Translations under genes and position numbers: made by a program
Notes under the pieces: generated by a model
The model's input: only the letters and a program-made list of their open reading frames with translations
Told to the model about the DNA's origin: nothing
The model's database searches: none
In this document: in pieces, positions 60,532 through 64,000 of the stretch
How the letters are laid out: every line of letters begins with the position of its first letter
Numbering within the stretch: the first letter of the stretch is position 1
Assembly (NCBI GenBank): GCA_963765765.1
Contig: CAVXYC010000017.1
Span: 32,001-96,000, forward strand
Reading direction: 5' to 3'
Length of the DNA: 64,000 nucleotides
Origin: an uncultured Chloroflexia bacterium
Lineage (GTDB): Bacteria; Chloroflexota; UBA6077; JACCZL01

Positions 60532-61222
60532 AGTACGGGATATCCATACCTACTACGGTGACAGCTACATCCTTCAGGGATTATCGCTCCAAGTGGACGC
60601 GGGAAAGATCGTCGCTGTGCTCGGCCGCAATGGGGTCGGTAAGACTACCCTGATTCGGTCCATTATGGGCTTCACATCCCCGCGAGCTGGCACGATTCTC
60701 CTGGACGGGAAGGACTTGACCGGGCTCTCGCCAGACCGCGTCGCGCGTCTAGGGGTAGGATTGGTTCCGCAAGGTCGGCGCATCTTCGGAAGTCTGACCG
60801 TGAAAGAGAATCTTGCTGTGGGTGAACGCGAAAGCTCCTCGAGTCAGCGCTGGTCACTCTCGGACGTGTTCGAAGTCTTTCCAAGATTGCAGGAGCGGCT
60901 TCAGTTCAGCGGAAAGAGCTTAAGCGGTGGCGAGCAGCAGATGCTCGCATGCAGTCGAGCGTTAGTAGGCAATCCAAGAGTCATGCTCATGGACGAACCC
61001 ACTGAGGGACTATCGCCGCTTTTCGTCCGCGAGCTTGGGAAGCTGATCCAGGAGCTACGATCGCGCGGGACAACCGTTTTGCTCATCGAACAGAACCTCG
61101 GGTTTGCCCTTCGACTGGCCGATTACGTGTACGTCATGAACAAGGGGCGAATCGTACATGAGTCGCCCCCAGATGAGCTCGCGACCAATGAAGAGATCAA
61201 AGGCCGCTACTTGGGAATGTGA
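60524..61222 (+). CDS. livF: ABC ATP-binding protein (LivF family)
   Basis: GRNGVGKTT, FPRLQER, LSGGEQQML, DEPTEGL. Confidence 0.9.
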   Translation: MLEVRDIHTYYGDSYILQGLSLQVDAGKIVAVLGRNGVGKTTLIRSIMGFTSPRAGTILLDGKDLTGLSPDRVARLGVGLVPQGRRIFGSLTVKENLAVGERESSSSQRWSLSDVFEVFPRLQERLQFSGKSLSGGEQQMLACSRALVGNPRVMLMDEPTEGLSPLFVRELGKLIQELRSRGTTVLLIEQNLGFALRLADYVYVMNKGRIVHESPPDELATNEEIKGRYLGM

Positions 61223-61263
61223 GCCAGGCCGGCACGGTCTCCGTTGACACGCCTCATGGGTGA

Positions 61264-61292
61264 TTGATGATACCTGGGTCGACACCTATAAT
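61264..61292 (+). promoter_or_regulatory. Sigma70-type promoter of yqeY-pgpH
   Basis: TTGATG-N17-TATAAT. Confidence 0.65.
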
Positions 61293-61339
61293 CCTCAGCT
61301 AGCGCGGCGTGCTGGTCAACATGAGTTTGGATGAGCTAA

Positions 61340-61792
61340 GTGGCCCTGCAAGAGCAACTAATGGACGATTTGAAGGACGCCATGCGCGCCGGCGACGAGC
61401 CGCGCCGAGAAGCGATCCGAATGCTGCGTGCGGCGGTCAAGAACGAGGAGATTAGCCGCGGCCACGAGCTTGGCGACGCGGAAGTGCAGGAAGTCATCAC
61501 CCGTCAGGCGCGGCGCCATCGCGAGTCGATCGACGAGTTCACCAAGGCCAATCGAACCGACCTGGTGGATCGCGAAGTCACGCAGCTCAAGTCGATTGAA
61601 GGATACCTGCCCAAGCTCGAGCCCGCGTCAGCCTTCGAGTCGCAAATTCGACAAGTCATCCAGGACATGGGTGCTAAAGACGTCAAGGAGCAAGGCAAAG
61701 TAATGGGTCGAGTTGCGCCACTATTGCGCGGTAAAACAGACATGGGCGAGGTTGGCCAGATCGTCCGTCGTGTCCTCGAGGAAGGCGGGTAA
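61340..61792 (+). CDS. yqeY: GatB/YqeY domain protein
   Basis: DLKDAMRA, RESIDEF, YLP, GKVMG. Confidence 0.92.
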   Translation: MALQEQLMDDLKDAMRAGDEPRREAIRMLRAAVKNEEISRGHELGDAEVQEVITRQARRHRESIDEFTKANRTDLVDREVTQLKSIEGYLPKLEPASAFESQIRQVIQDMGAKDVKEQGKVMGRVAPLLRGKTDMGEVGQIVRRVLEEGG

Positions 61793-61819
61793 CCTACGTC
61801 TCAGACCCGTGAGCGGCGT

Positions 61820-63952
61820 ATGGTCCACAGGACCGAAACGGGCCCGCCCGGACCCTGGGGTGCCCGCTCGTTCTTGCGTCTGGGGACTTATTCGCTCATT
61901 GCGGCGTTGCTGACAGGCGTCTTCCTGACGATCTCGCTCGTTCCGCGCGCATTTGAGCTGCACGAGGGAGACGTTAGCCCAACCAACGTCCGCGCCCCCA
62001 CGCGCGTGACATACGTGAGCCAGGTGCGAACGCGAGCCGAGCGCGAGCATGCTTCGGCCGCTGCGCCGCCGGTGCTCGAGATCGATCTGGCAGGCGCGGA
62101 GCAAGAGCGCAGACAGCTCGCATTATTTCTGCAGAGCATTTCCTCGGTACGTTCCACCCCCGGCCTATCTACCGATCAGCGGATTGAGCGCGTAGCCAGG
62201 CTGGGAGATCCCGCGCTCGGAGAATCCGATGCTCGCTGGATCGTCCTATTGCCCGAGTCGGGGTGGTTTGCCCTGGCCACAGAGGCGCAGCGGCTTCGAC
62301 AAGACGTTATGAAGGAGCGCATCTCCGATACGCGCCTCCCGGAGGTGCTGCGCGAGCTGCCGCTGCGAGCGAGCGATCAGCTCAATGAGACCGATCGAAA
62401 CCTTGCGGTCAATATTGCCGGGCGCTTTATTCGCTCCAATCTCATCGTCAATGCAGAAGCCACGGCTCAGCTCAGGCGCCAGGCGCTTGAAGCCGTTGCA
62501 CCTGTGCAGGTGACGGTAGAAGAGGGCGAGACGGTGTTGGCCCAGGGGCAGGTGGCCACCGCACAGGACCTCGAGAAGCTCGAGATGCTGGGACTTCGGA
62601 ATCCAAATATCGACTGGCGATCGATTCTGGCGGGTTTCGCGTTGTCTGCCCTCTGTGTCGCTGCGGTGGCGTTATACGTCGTTGCCTTCCAACCAGGTCT
62701 GGTTCACCGCGAGCGCGCTCTCTGGCTTGTGGGGCTCTTGATCATCTTGACGGTTCTTGCCGCCAAAACGGTACTTCCGGCCCGACCTCTATGGGTCTAT
62801 GTCTTCCCGCTTCCCGCCGTAGCGATGCTTCTTGCCACGCTTCTGGATGGGCGCCTGGCGATAATGGTGACCACCCTCCTCGCGATACTGGTTGCATACA
62901 TCGCCGGCGGTTCGCTCGAGATCATGACGATGTTCACGTTGGGAGGCATCGTTGCCGCCGCTGGCGCCTCCTGGACCCAGCGGCTTCACACGTATTTCTT
63001 CGTCGGACTGGTAGTGGCCGCGGTCCAGGCGATGGTCCTGGGGATCTTCCGAATTCCTACGCTCGTTGACGACTTTCAAACCCTGTCGGTCATGATGGTC
63101 GAGTGTCTCATCAACGGAGTGCTGTCCGCTGTCCTCACCGTGGGAACGGTAAGCCTCCTTGGACGATTATTCGACATTACAACGACGATGCAGCTCCTGG
63201 AGCTGGCTAACCCCTCGCAGCCGCTCCTGCGGCGACTGCTCGTCGAAGCGCCGGGAACGTATCACCACAGCATCATGGTGGGAAATCTAGCGGAACGGGC
63301 AGCAGAGGAAGTCGGCGCGGACGCACTTCTCGTGCGCGTGGGTGCCTACTACCACGATATCGGGAAGCTTCAGCGGCCGTACTTCTTCGTTGAGAACGCG
63401 GCGCAAGGTGTCAGCCCGCATGACAGCCTGGGCCCTGAGGCCAGTGCTAGAATCATCGCCTCGCACGTGCCTGACGGGCTGGCGCTTGGGTCGAAGCACG
63501 GACTTCCACGAGCGGTGATGGACATGATTCCCCAGCATCACGGCACGCGGATGGTGAGCTTCTTTTACCAGCAGGCTTCTGAACAATCGCCAACTCCGCC
63601 TGATCCGGCTCGATTCACTTATCAGGGACCGCGCCCACAGTCGAAGGAAGCGGCCATCCTCATGTTGGCTGACGGAGTGGAGGCTGCAACCCGCGCGATG
63701 CGGCAGCATTCGCGCGAAAGCATCGCGGCGTTGGTGGACCAGTTGATCATGCAACGGCTCTCAGAAGGTCAGCTCGACGAGTGTGAACTCACACTACGAG
63801 ATCTACAGAAAATCAAGGCGGTGTTCAGCACCCTGCTGGTGGGTGTCTATCACCCGCGCATCGAGTATCCCGCGTCTGCCACCACCCCCGTGAGCCCTCG
63901 GCCGCTTATCGCTGGAGAGGCGATTGAATCGACCACGCGCGCTGGGGGCTGA
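61820..63952 (+). CDS. pgpH: 7TM-HD (HDIG) phosphohydrolase, PgpH-like c-di-AMP phosphodiesterase
   Basis: Extracellular domain, TM block, APGTYHHS, YYHDIGK, QHHGT, MLADGVEA, HPRIEYP. Confidence 0.9.
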   Translation: MVHRTETGPPGPWGARSFLRLGTYSLIAALLTGVFLTISLVPRAFELHEGDVSPTNVRAPTRVTYVSQVRTRAEREHASAAAPPVLEIDLAGAEQERRQLALFLQSISSVRSTPGLSTDQRIERVARLGDPALGESDARWIVLLPESGWFALATEAQRLRQDVMKERISDTRLPEVLRELPLRASDQLNETDRNLAVNIAGRFIRSNLIVNAEATAQLRRQALEAVAPVQVTVEEGETVLAQGQVATAQDLEKLEMLGLRNPNIDWRSILAGFALSALCVAAVALYVVAFQPGLVHRERALWLVGLLIILTVLAAKTVLPARPLWVYVFPLPAVAMLLATLLDGRLAIMVTTLLAILVAYIAGGSLEIMTMFTLGGIVAAAGASWTQRLHTYFFVGLVVAAVQAMVLGIFRIPTLVDDFQTLSVMMVECLINGVLSAVLTVGTVSLLGRLFDITTTMQLLELANPSQPLLRRLLVEAPGTYHHSIMVGNLAERAAEEVGADALLVRVGAYYHDIGKLQRPYFFVENAAQGVSPHDSLGPEASARIIASHVPDGLALGSKHGLPRAVMDMIPQHHGTRMVSFFYQQASEQSPTPPDPARFTYQGPRPQSKEAAILMLADGVEAATRAMRQHSRESIAALVDQLIMQRLSEGQLDECELTLRDLQKIKAVFSTLLVGVYHPRIEYPASATTPVSPRPLIAGEAIESTTRAGG

Positions 63953-64000
63953 GCGGCTGAGCCTCTCGGTTGAGATTCTGCCGAGGTCAATGCCGGCGGC

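Noticed and set aside
63949-64000. Start of ybeY after pgpH
   Set aside because: Expected from common synteny, but too little sequence to support it.
1-64000. Numerous long antisense or off-frame ORFs (for example 34134-34967, 41992-42897, 23093-23746)
   Set aside because: Shadow ORFs typical of GC-rich DNA; they overlap well-supported genes and have no motifs.

Overview
GC-rich (roughly 60%) bacterial chromosome segment, most likely Chloroflexota. This is inferred from the short EF-Ts, nusA without rimP, a Trp T-box, Pro/Ala-linker lipoproteins, hspR and DUF3105. 1-15 kb is core: baseplate-J-like gene, ruvX, mltG, rpsB-tsf-pyrH-frr-uppS-cdsA-dxr-rseP and nusA-ylxR-infB-rbfA-truB-ribF. 15-30 kb holds EF-G2, yebC, galU, thiE, a K+-independent H+-pyrophosphatase, rplS-rnhB-yraN-rluB-cmk-plsC, and a catalytically degenerate Xer-like protein whose 3' end overlaps scpA. 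29.7-37.8 kb is a T-box-controlled trpS-trpEGDCFBA operon on the minus strand. About 38-48.9 kb is a decayed accessory region ending in an integrase remnant at tRNA-Ile2(CAU). It contains a CarH/LitR-type B12 photoreceptor, a CarH-like operator in front of a small LuxR-HTH gene, duplications and gene fragments. 49-64 kb has a DtxR-family regulator, an MFS transporter, tRNA-Val, dnaJ2-hspR with a HAIR-like site, a Liv-type ABC system, yqeY and pgpH. Many single-base indels, including in essential genes, suggest uncorrected long-read errors, so frameshifted genes are reported as reconstructed wholes. No CRISPR array, rRNA or intact transposase was seen. All family calls come from motif recognition by eye; no database search was run.
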